DNA of 16,057 bases, taken from a bacterium (GTDB lineage Bacteria; Zhuqueibacterota; Zhuqueibacteria; Oceanimicrobiales; Oceanimicrobiaceae). The stretch spans positions 1 to 16,057 of the forward strand of contig JBHHYI010000093.1 of NCBI GenBank assembly GCA_046757525.1, given 5' to 3'. The position numbers were made by a program, and so were the translations under genes. Positions 1-7,621 of this stretch are shown here, in pieces (positions within the stretch are counted from its first letter, which is position 1; each line of letters starts with the position of its first letter). The notes under the pieces are model-generated. The model searched no databases. It had not been told where the DNA came from and was given only the letters and a program-made list of their open reading frames with translations.

Positions 1-423
1 GTCGGCGTCAAGAATCGCCACCGGTTGGATGAGCTGGTGGAACGCAGCTTGCGCAGTGCCGCGTTGTGGGATGAAGTCAAAGATCGCCTCGACGAAAATG
101 CCTTGAGCCTTTCCGGCGGACAGCAGCAGCGGCTGTGCATTGCCCGGGCGATTGCCATCGACCCGCAGATCGTCCTCATGGACGAGCCGTGTTCGGCGTT
201 GGACCCCATCGCCACGGCAAAGATCGAAGAGCTCGTCCTGGAGTTGAAAAAGGATTACACCATCATCATCGTGACGCACAACATGCAGCAAGCGGCCAGG
301 ATTTCGGACCGGACAGCCTATCTCTGGTTGGGCAAGCTCATTGAATACGACCGTACCGACCGAATCTTCACCAACCCGCGCGAAAAGTTGACCGAGGATT
401 ACATCAGCGGCAGATTCGGTTGA
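1..423 (+). CDS. pstB: Phosphate ABC transporter ATP-binding protein PstB (5'-truncated by window edge)
   Basis: The frame is open from base 1 ([14 protein letters not shown]...). It carries the PstB-typical [10 protein letters not shown], the ABC signature [14 protein letters not shown], Walker B/D-loop [12 protein letters not shown]-loop [13 protein letters not shown] and the C-terminal [10 protein letters not shown]. phoU follows. Confidence 0.97.
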   Translation, partial: VGVKNRHRLDELVERSLRSAALWDEVKDRLDENALSLSGGQQQRLCIARAIAIDPQIVLMDEPCSALDPIATAKIEELVLELKKDYTIIIVTHNMQQAARISDRTAYLWLGKLIEYDRTDRIFTNPREKLTEDYISGRFG

Positions 424-551
424 TTCTTGCGCATTAGCCCAACTTTGGTTAAATTGGTTTAAGTTTAGTGTTCAAAAGCAAGTGTTGTTGAAATGGCCGT
501 AGTAACAGACAATTTTTTGTTCTTGAATGACATATTTAGCGAGATGAGGTA

Positions 552-1229
552 ATGGATCGACATTTAGATGTTGAGATAGACCGGCTCAAGCAAAAGCTTC
601 TGCGTATGGCTGGGCTGGTGGAGCAGTCCATCGACAAAGCCGTGCGTGCTTTAAAAGAGCGTCAGGACCACTTCGCCGTGGAAGCAATCGAAGAAGACGC
701 TGCCATCAATGCCTTGGAAATCGAGATTGAAAATGTCTGCCTGACCATTTTGGCACGGTACCAACCGGTGGCAGCGGATTTGCGTTTCATCATGGCGGCA
801 GTGAAAATCTGCAACGACCTGGAACGCATGGGCGACCACGCAGTAAATATCGCTCAACAAGCGCAGCGCTTGATCAAGACACCGCCGCTAAAGCCGCTGA
901 TCGATATTCCCTACATGGCCAATTTGGCGCAAAAGATGGTCAAGGATGCCCTGGACGCTTTTGTTGTCGGCGATGTGCAGCAAGCCAGAGCTATTTGCGA
1001 GCGCGACGACGTCGTCGATGGCCTGGAAGATCAGATCAATCGCGAGCTGTCTACTTACATTTTGGAGAACCCAAAAAACATCTCCCAGGTCATGAGTCTG
1101 TCCATGGTGGCGAAAAACCTGGAACGCATCGCAGACCTCGCCACCAATTTCGGTGAAGAGGTGATTTTCATGGTTGAAGCCAAGACCATTAAGCACCATT
1201 TCGACGATGTCCACATAAAACCCTCTTGA
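552..1229 (+). CDS. phoU: Phosphate signalling complex protein PhoU
   Basis: Two PhoU repeats with YQPVAADLR, DLERMGDHAVNIA and NLERIADLATN. GAGG RBS just upstream of the ATG. Lies downstream of pstB. Confidence 0.96.
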   Translation: MDRHLDVEIDRLKQKLLRMAGLVEQSIDKAVRALKERQDHFAVEAIEEDAAINALEIEIENVCLTILARYQPVAADLRFIMAAVKICNDLERMGDHAVNIAQQAQRLIKTPPLKPLIDIPYMANLAQKMVKDALDAFVVGDVQQARAICERDDVVDGLEDQINRELSTYILENPKNISQVMSLSMVAKNLERIADLATNFGEEVIFMVEAKTIKHHFDDVHIKPS

Positions 1230-1351
1230 ACGGGGCGGAGGCGTTGAAGGGCCTGCACCAGGTCGCCATTGTACGCAGCGGCGCCGGCCCTCTCACCATA
1301 TTTTCAATGGAAAAGAGATCCGTGTTGTTCAATTCACCTTCCCATTGTTGT

Positions 1352-1915
1352 TCATGACACTTCCTCATAGCGGAAGCAGCTCACCACATGGTCGTTAACC
1401 ATGCCGGTGGCTTGCATGTGGGCGTAACAGATGGTGGGACCGACAAAGGTGAATCCGCGTTTTTTCAAATCCTTGCTCATGGCCTCCGACTCCGCGGTTT
1501 TGGCGGGCAGCTCTTGCAGCGATTTCCAGGCGTTTTTCCTGGGCCGGCCGCCGACAAACTGCCAAATGTAGGCATCGAAGCTGCCAAACTCTTCCTGGAC
1601 CGCCAGGAATGCTCGGGCGTTTTGCACGGCGGCGCGAATCTTGAGCCGGTTGCGAATGATGCCCTCGTTGGCCAGCAGTTCAGCGATCTTGCGGTCATCG
1701 TATTCAGCGATTTTTTCAGCGTCAAAATCATCGAAGGCTTTTCGGTAATTCTCGCGCCGTTTGAGAATGGTGAGCCAGCTCAACCCGGCCTGCGCGCCTT
1801 CCAGGATCAGCATCTCAAACTGTTTGCGGTCGTCGTGTTGCGGCACTCCCCACTCGTGGTCATGATAGGCAATGTACAACGGATCTGACTGGCACCACTC
1901 ACAACGTATTTTCAT
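1352..1915 (-). CDS. tag: DNA-3-methyladenine glycosylase I
   Basis: RCEW...YHDHEWGVP, LEGAQAGLSWLTIL, IIRNRLKI, LKKRGFTFVGPTICYAHMQATGMVNDH..C; the Zn ligands C/H/H/C are present. AGGAG RBS upstream on the minus strand. Confidence 0.96.
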   Translation of the reverse strand: MKIRCEWCQSDPLYIAYHDHEWGVPQHDDRKQFEMLILEGAQAGLSWLTILKRRENYRKAFDDFDAEKIAEYDDRKIAELLANEGIIRNRLKIRAAVQNARAFLAVQEEFGSFDAYIWQFVGGRPRKNAWKSLQELPAKTAESEAMSKDLKKRGFTFVGPTICYAHMQATGMVNDHVVSCFRYEEVS

Positions 1916-2120
1916 CTTGCTCTCCTGTGGTAATCCCGCGTATTGTCAAAAGTTTCTGCTCGAATATGGAGTTGACAATCTTCATTTTGACTAACGAGCC
2001 GCTTCCCTGGAGTGCTGAAGCCCCGGTTCAGATACTATGGGAAAAGTTAACAGAAAAATCAACTATTTTGTTTTGATTGTTCATGTTTATTAGGGTCAAC
2101 GGGATACCGGTCCTGAAAAT

Positions 2121-2238
2121 AGCCGGAGTTTTGGCTCACCGAGCGTCTTTGGCTGCGTCGCTTGCGTACTGGTTGGCAACGGCGCTTAAAACAGACCTGT
2201 TGGCGAGCGCCGACGCGCTTATCCGGAATAAAAGACGC
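2121..2238 (+). other. Structured non-coding element (ncRNA or palindromic repeat, class unknown)
   Basis: Nested complementarity: GCGTCTTT 2143-2150/AAAGACGC 2231-2238, GCGTCG 2155-2160/CGACGC 2211-2216, CTTGC 2161-2165/GCGAG 2203-2207, CAACGG 2177-2182/CTGTTG 2197-2202. A separate small hairpin AGCCGG/TTGGCT spans 2121-2136. The non-Watson-Crick pairs are G-U on the + strand. Confidence 0.4.
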
Positions 2239-2482
2239 ATGACATACTGCACACTGATTGCTCTGAATATCATCAATTCAACACCAAGAAAGTATTGAAT
2301 TAGACGACCCGCTCATCCAATGGGTCAAGACCAGCTTCAAAGGGAGAATGGCCCATGCAAGATAACGCTGCGCTGATTTTTTCAGTCTGAAGAAACAGAA
2401 ACATTTTTGTCGCGAAGATTCCGTGCCTTGTCGTTGCCAAAACAGCACCGTTTGGGTTGCACGCTGGCCTTCTAAAAACCAT

Positions 2483-2510
2483 TTGATTTTAGCATGATTT
2501 CTGTTATATT
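2483..2510 (+). promoter_or_regulatory. Putative sigma70 promoter of the EamA-rnz-HAD run
   Basis: TTGATT (2483-2488), a 16-nt spacer and an extended -10 TGnTATATT (2502-2510). The palindrome CCAAT-C-ATTGG (2515-2525) follows near the likely start site. Confidence 0.4.
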
Positions 2511-2573
2511 GCGGCCAATCATTGGTCATTACAAATATTGGACTCTTCCTTGTCGAAAACGCCTGCAAAGCTG

Positions 2574-3431
2574 ATGTCTGTTTACCCGGTGCTTTTTCTC
2601 GGGGTGATTGCGATTTCATTCGCTTCCATCCTCATCAAGTTTTGCCAGGCGCCTGCCATGGTCATCGCTTCGTACCGGATGAGTTTTGCTACTCTGTTTT
2701 TTGCGGTCACCGCGGGCGTCAGGCGAGTGAATCCTTTGGCCAGCTTCTGTCGCCGTGATCTGTTTTTCGCCCTTCTATCCGGGCTATTCCTATGTCTGCA
2801 TTTCGCCACCTGGATCACCTCGCTCAAATACACTTCGGTTGCCAGTTCCGTGGTGTTGGTGGCCACAGCGCCCGTGTTTGTAGCCCTGGCTTCGTTTATC
2901 TTCTTAAAACAAAAACCGACGATCCTGGTGCTGGTCAGCATCTTTATTACCATTCTTGGCGCGTTCATCCTGAGCATTGAAAACTTAGCAACCGGCGAGA
3001 ATCTGTTCCTGGGGGATCTGCTGGCGCTCGTGGGCGCGATTGGAGCTGCAGGCTACTACCTGGTGGGTCGCGAGTTGCGAGCTCGAATCGATACGGTGGC
3101 GTACGTCAGCGTGGTCTACTTTGCAACCGCGCTGTTTCTGGTCATCATCACGATGACGCTGCGGTTCCCTTTTTTCGAATACCCGCCCAAGGTCTTCTTG
3201 TTGTTGTTCTTGATTGCGTTTGTGCCTCAGGTTTTAGGGCATACCAGCTTCAACTGGGCCTTGAAGTACGTTTCAGCGTCGTTGGTGACTATTGTCACCC
3301 TGGGGGAGCCTATCGGTGCCTCTATTTTGGCCTATTTCTTGTTGGGAGAAAAAATGTCTGTGCTACAACTATTCGGCGGCCTCTTGATTTTGACCGGGGT
3401 GGCGTCGGCAATCTTAGCAGAGCGTAGATAG
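2574..3431 (+). CDS. DMT superfamily / EamA-family transporter
   Basis: About 10 hydrophobic helices in two repeats. Motifs HFATWITSLKYTSVASSVVLV, GDLLALVGA, PQVLGHTSFNWALKY and LGEPIGASILAYFLLGE. The start is uncertain (ATG 2574 or TTG 2538). Confidence 0.9.
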   Translation: MSVYPVLFLGVIAISFASILIKFCQAPAMVIASYRMSFATLFFAVTAGVRRVNPLASFCRRDLFFALLSGLFLCLHFATWITSLKYTSVASSVVLVATAPVFVALASFIFLKQKPTILVLVSIFITILGAFILSIENLATGENLFLGDLLALVGAIGAAGYYLVGRELRARIDTVAYVSVVYFATALFLVIITMTLRFPFFEYPPKVFLLLFLIAFVPQVLGHTSFNWALKYVSASLVTIVTLGEPIGASILAYFLLGEKMSVLQLFGGLLILTGVASAILAERR

Positions 3432-3441
3432 GGTTGGGTAC

Positions 3442-4356
3442 GTGGAAATCGTTCTGTTAGGAACCAGCGCAGCCTTGCCGACCCCGCTTCGACGCCCGGC
3501 TGCCACTGCCCTGGTGCGCGGCGGCGAACTCTTGCTCTTCGACTGCGGCGAGGGCACGCAATCGCAGTTGCAATTGGCCGGATTGAAACCGAGCAGGCTC
3601 AGCAAAATCTTCATCTCGCATTTTCACGGAGACCATTTTTACGGTCTGGTGGGACTCCTTACCAGTCTGCAGTTGAACGGTCGAACCAAACCGCTGCAAC
3701 TTTTTGGACCGGTGGGTCTCGATTCGTATTTGGAGTTCATGAAAAAACTGTCGCATTTTAACCTGGGATATGAAGTCTTCATTCATGAATGCAACAAAAA
3801 GACGCCCGCAACCGTTTGGGATATGAAGGATTATTTGATCAAAGCGATGCCTCTGAAACACAGTCTGTTTGTCCTCGGCTTTCGCGTCGAAGAAAAACCT
3901 CTGCCGGGCAAATTCGACGCAACAGAAGCCGCAAGGTTGGGCATTCCGCACGGTCCTGAGCGAGGACGCCTGCTGCGGGGTGAGACGATCGTCCTTGCGG
4001 ACGGCCGGGAAGTTAAACCTGTGCAAGTGGTGGGGCCGGAACGAGCTGGCAAGAAAGTGGCCATCTGCCTGGACACCAGGCCGTGCCGCAATGCCGTAGA
4101 ACTGTCCCGCGGTGTGGACCTCCTGGTGCACGAAGGTACCTTTGACGACGATCACACCGATTTGGCACGGAGCACCGGCCACGCCACCGTGGGACAAGCC
4201 GCCACGGTTGCCAGAGAAGCCGGCGCAACAAGACTGGTCATCACCCACATTAGTCAGCGTTACGAGAAGTCCGATGAAGCCTTGCTGCTACAACAGGCCA
4301 GGGCGATTTTTGCCAACACGACCATTGGCTGCGACTCCATGAGGTTCGAGGTTTAG
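3442..4356 (+). CDS. rnz: Ribonuclease Z (tRNase Z, metallo-beta-lactamase fold)
   Basis: LLGTSAALPT, LFDCGEGTQ, SHFHGDH (HxHxDH), the GP-type exosite arm (GKFD...LGIPHGPERGRL), DTRPC, HEGTF, GHAT and THISQRY. GTG start. Confidence 0.94.
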   Translation: MEIVLLGTSAALPTPLRRPAATALVRGGELLLFDCGEGTQSQLQLAGLKPSRLSKIFISHFHGDHFYGLVGLLTSLQLNGRTKPLQLFGPVGLDSYLEFMKKLSHFNLGYEVFIHECNKKTPATVWDMKDYLIKAMPLKHSLFVLGFRVEEKPLPGKFDATEAARLGIPHGPERGRLLRGETIVLADGREVKPVQVVGPERAGKKVAICLDTRPCRNAVELSRGVDLLVHEGTFDDDHTDLARSTGHATVGQAATVAREAGATRLVITHISQRYEKSDEALLLQQARAIFANTTIGCDSMRFEV

Positions 4357-4359
4357 TCG

Positions 4360-5040
4360 ATGTTCCAGGAGCTAAGAAACATTCGGGCCGTTTTGTTCGA
4401 TGCTGGCAACACCTTGATCTTTCCCGATTACGACTTTTTGCAGAACCTGCTGGCCGACTTTGGCATCAACATCGAACTAGCGACGTTAAGAGATTTGGAG
4501 GATGTGGCCAAACGCGCCACTGTGAAGCGAGGTGCGCCCAAATCGTGGAAAGTCTATTTCGGCACCTGGCTCGAGAGCGCCGGGGTCGGAGAAAAAGACC
4601 TCCCTGAACTCTTGCAGCGACTCTGGCAAAAGCATCGGCGGGATGGCCTGTGGCACTTAGCCGACGAGGGTCTCACACAGGTGCTAAGCGAGCTCAAGAA
4701 ACGGCGTTTCCTGCTGGGTGTCGTTTCCAACGCCGACGGAACCCTGGAACAGCTTTTGCAGGAGCTGGGGCTCGCCACCTATTTCCACTCCATTGTGGAT
4801 TCAGAACTGGTTGGCTATCGCAAGCCTAACCCGGCCATTTTCGAATTTGCTTTGCAGCAACTGCAGGTGAGCGCGGAGCAGGCGCTGTATGTGGGCGACA
4901 GCTACGAATGGGACGTGGTCGGCGCTGAAAACGCGGGGCTCAAAGCGATTCTGTTCGATCCGTTGGACAAACATCCAGAGTACAATTGCAACAGAATCAC
5001 AACCCTGCGCACGCTTTTGAAGCTTCCAGCCAGCCCTTGA
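4360..5040 (+). CDS. HAD-superfamily hydrolase, subfamily IA
   Basis: Motif I FDAGNTL, motif II VVSNAD, motif III KPNPAIF, motif IV YVGDSYEWDVVGA. Starts 3 nt after the rnz stop. Confidence 0.92.
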   Translation: MFQELRNIRAVLFDAGNTLIFPDYDFLQNLLADFGINIELATLRDLEDVAKRATVKRGAPKSWKVYFGTWLESAGVGEKDLPELLQRLWQKHRRDGLWHLADEGLTQVLSELKKRRFLLGVVSNADGTLEQLLQELGLATYFHSIVDSELVGYRKPNPAIFEFALQQLQVSAEQALYVGDSYEWDVVGAENAGLKAILFDPLDKHPEYNCNRITTLRTLLKLPASP

Positions 5041-5102
5041 ACTCGGGTTCCGGATCATGAAATTCAAATCGATCAGAAGGGAGAATTTTGCCACCATTTC
5101 TC

Positions 5103-5131
5103 TTGACTTTAGGCAGAGTTTTTAATATTTT
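5103..5131 (+). promoter_or_regulatory. Putative sigma70 promoter for the ygfZ-like gene
   Basis: TTGACT (5103-5108), 17 nt, then TATTTT (5126-5131), in an AT-rich gap about 40 nt before the ATG. Confidence 0.35.
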
Positions 5132-5172
5132 TCATTCTTTGAAAATTAGTTGCAAGCGCTTCAGCGCAAGCC

Positions 5173-6252
5173 ATGAAAAAGTCAAGTCTATTTGAACAAC
5201 AGAAATCGCTGGGGGCCGTATTCGGAGACTACTCGGAGTGGCAGCTCCCGCAAAGATATTCGGATGCAGAGGATGAATACGCAGCAGCCAAAAATGCGTG
5301 TGCCCTCATGGATCGTTCGAATCTGGGCCGGCTAAAGGTGTCTGGTCAGGATCATGTAGATTTGCTGCACAGGATGACCTCCAATGAGCTGCGCCGCTTG
5401 CGACCTGGGGAGGGCCAAATCAATATTTTCCCCAACGAAAAGGGGCGGATTGTGGCGCGTGTGGTCCTGCTGAAATTTGAAGACAGCATTTGGCTTCTGA
5501 CCAGTTCGGAGAAACCGGAAGAAGTCTCCGCGTGGATCGACAAGTTTACCTTCCTTGAAGATGTCCAGGTGGAAGATCAAACCACCAGGGTGGGTCAGTT
5601 GACCCTGTTTGGGGCCAAGGCTCCGCTGCTTCTAAACCAGATCTTTCAGACCGACTTCAGGGCGCTACCGGACCGTCATTTCAAGAGCGTACCGTGGCAG
5701 GAAAGGCTGGTGACCCTTGTGCGGTCCGAAGAGCTGGGCGTGCCTGGCTTCGATCTGTTGCTCAGCAGCTCAGGTCTGTCCGGTTTGTGGCATCTGCTAC
5801 TTCAGCGTGGCGCCAAATTCGGAATAAAACCGATGGGTCAAGAGGCTTACGAAGTTTTACGCATCGAGGCTGGATGGCCTTTATTTAATAAAGATTACGG
5901 CGCGGATATGAATCCTCATGAAGCCAACCTGTCGCCTTATTTGAGTTTCACCAAGGGATGTTACATCGGCCAGGAGGTGATCGCCCGCCTGGACACGTAC
6001 GAAAAAGTGCAAAAATATTTAACGGGACTGATCCTCGAAGGGACTGCTAAACCGCAAAAAGATGACCCAATCCTTGTGGGAGGACAGGACGTGGGACGTG
6101 TCACCAGCGCAACTCATTCGCCAGCTTTGAACAAAACCATCGCCATGGGTTATGTCCGCACCAAGTTTATCCAGGAGCAGGCTGAGGTGCTCGTCAAATC
6201 GGGTGATCAACAGATTCCTGGCCATCTCATTCAATTGCCATTTGTAACTTAG
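5173..6252 (+). CDS. ygfZ: Folate-binding aminomethyltransferase-family protein (YgfZ/GcvT-like)
   Basis: YgfZ signature KGCYIGQE within a full GcvT-like fold (MDRSNLGRLKVSGQD, LRIEAGWP, VGRVTSATHSPAL...AMGYV). Confidence 0.88.
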   Translation: MKKSSLFEQQKSLGAVFGDYSEWQLPQRYSDAEDEYAAAKNACALMDRSNLGRLKVSGQDHVDLLHRMTSNELRRLRPGEGQINIFPNEKGRIVARVVLLKFEDSIWLLTSSEKPEEVSAWIDKFTFLEDVQVEDQTTRVGQLTLFGAKAPLLLNQIFQTDFRALPDRHFKSVPWQERLVTLVRSEELGVPGFDLLLSSSGLSGLWHLLLQRGAKFGIKPMGQEAYEVLRIEAGWPLFNKDYGADMNPHEANLSPYLSFTKGCYIGQEVIARLDTYEKVQKYLTGLILEGTAKPQKDDPILVGGQDVGRVTSATHSPALNKTIAMGYVRTKFIQEQAEVLVKSGDQQIPGHLIQLPFVT

Positions 6253-6290
6253 CACCTCATAAAGATTTGACTGAGAGAATAAATCGGATG

Positions 6291-6358
6291 TGCCTATCGA
6301 GTTCATAACAAGATGGGATTTGGTTTTTTAGAGTCCGTTTATGAAAAGTGTTAGGGCA
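6291..6358 (+). mobile_element. Degenerate integron attC-like site 1
   Basis: GCCTATC 6292-6298 (RYYYAAC with one mismatch). Inner arms TTCATAA 6302-6308/TTATGAA 6339-6345. Ends in GTTAGGGC 6350-6357, giving an R''-L''...L'-R' layout. Confidence 0.5.
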
Positions 6359-6421
6359 AACAAACCAAGGTGCTCCAAAGTAAACCAAAGAGGTGAGCTG
6401 CAGCCTAAAAAATGAACGTCG

Positions 6422-6692
6422 CGGGAACACCTTGAATTAAGCAGAGGAGCCAGCGGGCCTGTCCCACCTTCCACGGATTGCTCGTGGTCAGCGTAGGGCC
6501 ACCCCTACCTACCCCGCCGATCCCAACGCCGACAGGGGCAGGCGGTGTCCAGTGTTTGAGGGCCGAACCGGCGTTTGTAGCCGACAGCGGGGCTGTGGTT
6601 TTTCCGGTGGTTTGGTTGGCTTTTGGCAGTTTATTTTTTCTCAGGGGGTCAGGTACGGTAAAACCCGTTGTGCCTGAAACGCGGTGTTAGGC
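6422..6692 (+). mobile_element. Very long (~270 bp) attC-like palindrome, site 2
   Basis: AACACC 6426-6431 pairs with GGTGTT 6683-6688, ending in a perfect GTTRRRY core (GTTAGGC 6686-6692). Further arms: CAGCGGG 6451-6457/CCCGTTG 6664-6670 and CCTGTCCC 6458-6465/GGGTCAGG 6646-6653. The interior is multibranched. Confidence 0.55.
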
Positions 6693-6874
6693 CGAACGAA
6701 CCGATGTACTACCTCGAACTCCTTGTGAAGATATTCAGGGGGGAATAACAATTTCTATTTGATTTGGCAGTAATACTCATTAAATTGTCTATTGATAAAT
6801 TCAAAGCGGCTGAAAAAGCCTTAAAGTACGTTAATTGAGCCACTCAACTGTTTGAATTTCAATAGGAGTTCATC

Positions 6875-7123
6875 ATGCAATCAATAGCAATTAAAAAAAT
6901 GGAATTGATGCAAAAAATTACGCAACTTCCTGAAAAGAAGCTTGGGGAAGTTGAAACATTTTTGAAACACCTTCTGTCACAATTGGAAGTCCAACCCCCA
7001 AAACCAATAAGTCTAAAAGGAATTTGGAAAAATAAAGGCTTTGAGAAAATTTCAGACCTTGAATCAGAACTCAAATCAATCCGAAGTGAACTAAGTGATT
7101 CTATTTTGAAAAAGGAATTTTGA
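6875..7123 (+). CDS. Putative type II antitoxin (DUF2281-like/VapB-type)
   Basis: 82 aa with AGGAG RBS at 6864-6868. The LPEKKLGEVETFLKHL...SLKGIWK pattern resembles DUF2281-type antitoxins. Its stop overlaps the TTG of the PIN ORF (TTGA). Confidence 0.7.
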   Translation: MQSIAIKKMELMQKITQLPEKKLGEVETFLKHLLSQLEVQPPKPISLKGIWKNKGFEKISDLESELKSIRSELSDSILKKEF

Positions 7124-7416
7124 GCTTTGATAACCATTTTTTCATTTCAGTTGTGAGCTTAATGGAAATTATGTATCTATCAGAAAAGCATCGCATTGAA
7201 ATCTACTTGACGGAAACATTGAACAGGATAGAATCATCATCACTTTATAGTGTTGTTGACCTCACACCTGAAATTTTAAAGGTTGCAGAAATAACTCCCT
7301 TTAGAGAATTACACGATAGATTAATTCTCTCAACGGCAAAATGGTTAGAGATACCAATTATTTCGAGTGATAAAACATTTGATGAAGTTGAAGGTATTGA
7401 GATAATATGGAATTAA
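7120..7416 (+). pseudogene. VapC-like PIN-domain toxin, N-terminally truncated
   Basis: Retains ISVVSLMEI, ELHDRLILSTA and PIISSD..F, but is only 98 aa. It lacks the first strand/helix carrying the conserved hhhDT catalytic Asp. Confidence 0.75.
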
Positions 7417-7505
7417 TGCTCTAATGAAAGCAAGCTTTGAGTCAGCAAAGACAAACTCCAAGTCGTCAAAAATAGCCTTACTAAATTCATTAAAATTATA
7501 TAGAT

Positions 7506-7595
7506 GGCCTAGCATTGCATTGAACGAACAGAGGGATCCTGCTTTTTGGGTTGTTTTGTGCCCTCTCGAAGGTCTTTTGAAACAGATAGTTAAGT
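7506..7595 (+). mobile_element. Degenerate integron attC-like site 3
   Basis: GGCCTAGC 7506-7513 is followed by an attC-like ATTGCATTGAAC. Inner arms AGAGGG 7530-7535/CCCTCT 7561-7566. Ends in GTTAAGT 7589-7595, which fits GTTRRRY. Confidence 0.5.
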
Positions 7596-7621
7596 GCCCT
7601 TAAACCCTCTGCCGCTCATGC

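Larger units (their letters stand above)
6687..7589 (+). mobile_element. Putative integron gene cassette carrying a VapBC-type TA module
   Basis: Begins TTAGGCC after the G^TT crossover point. Its own attC begins GGCCTAGC (7506-7513), the reverse complement of GTTAGGCC with one mismatch. The interior is visibly more AT-rich than the flanking genes. Confidence 0.55.

Noticed and set aside
424..551. Possible Pho box between pstB and phoU (TTGGTT repeats)
   Set aside because: The repeats are 9 nt apart rather than 11 and do not match CTGTCAT or TT(A/T)ACA-type consensus.
1986..2019. Hairpin GAGCCG..GCTTC/GAAGC..CGGTTC upstream of tag as a terminator, riboswitch or attC
   Set aside because: No U-tract, no recognisable aptamer motif, and the nearby CTAAC/GTTAAC spacing does not fit attC geometry.
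2077..2619. Short ORFs (73 aa +, 113 aa -, 60 aa -) in the tag-EamA gap
   Set aside because: No recognisable family or convincing RBS. They overlap structured or promoter-like DNA.
3457..4248. 263-aa minus-strand ORF
   Set aside because: Antisense shadow of rnz with no recognisable motifs.
6478..6690. 70-aa Pro-rich/hydrophobic ORF
   Set aside because: Lies inside the long palindrome, has a TTG start without an RBS, and its composition is explained by the GC hairpins and T/G-rich tract.
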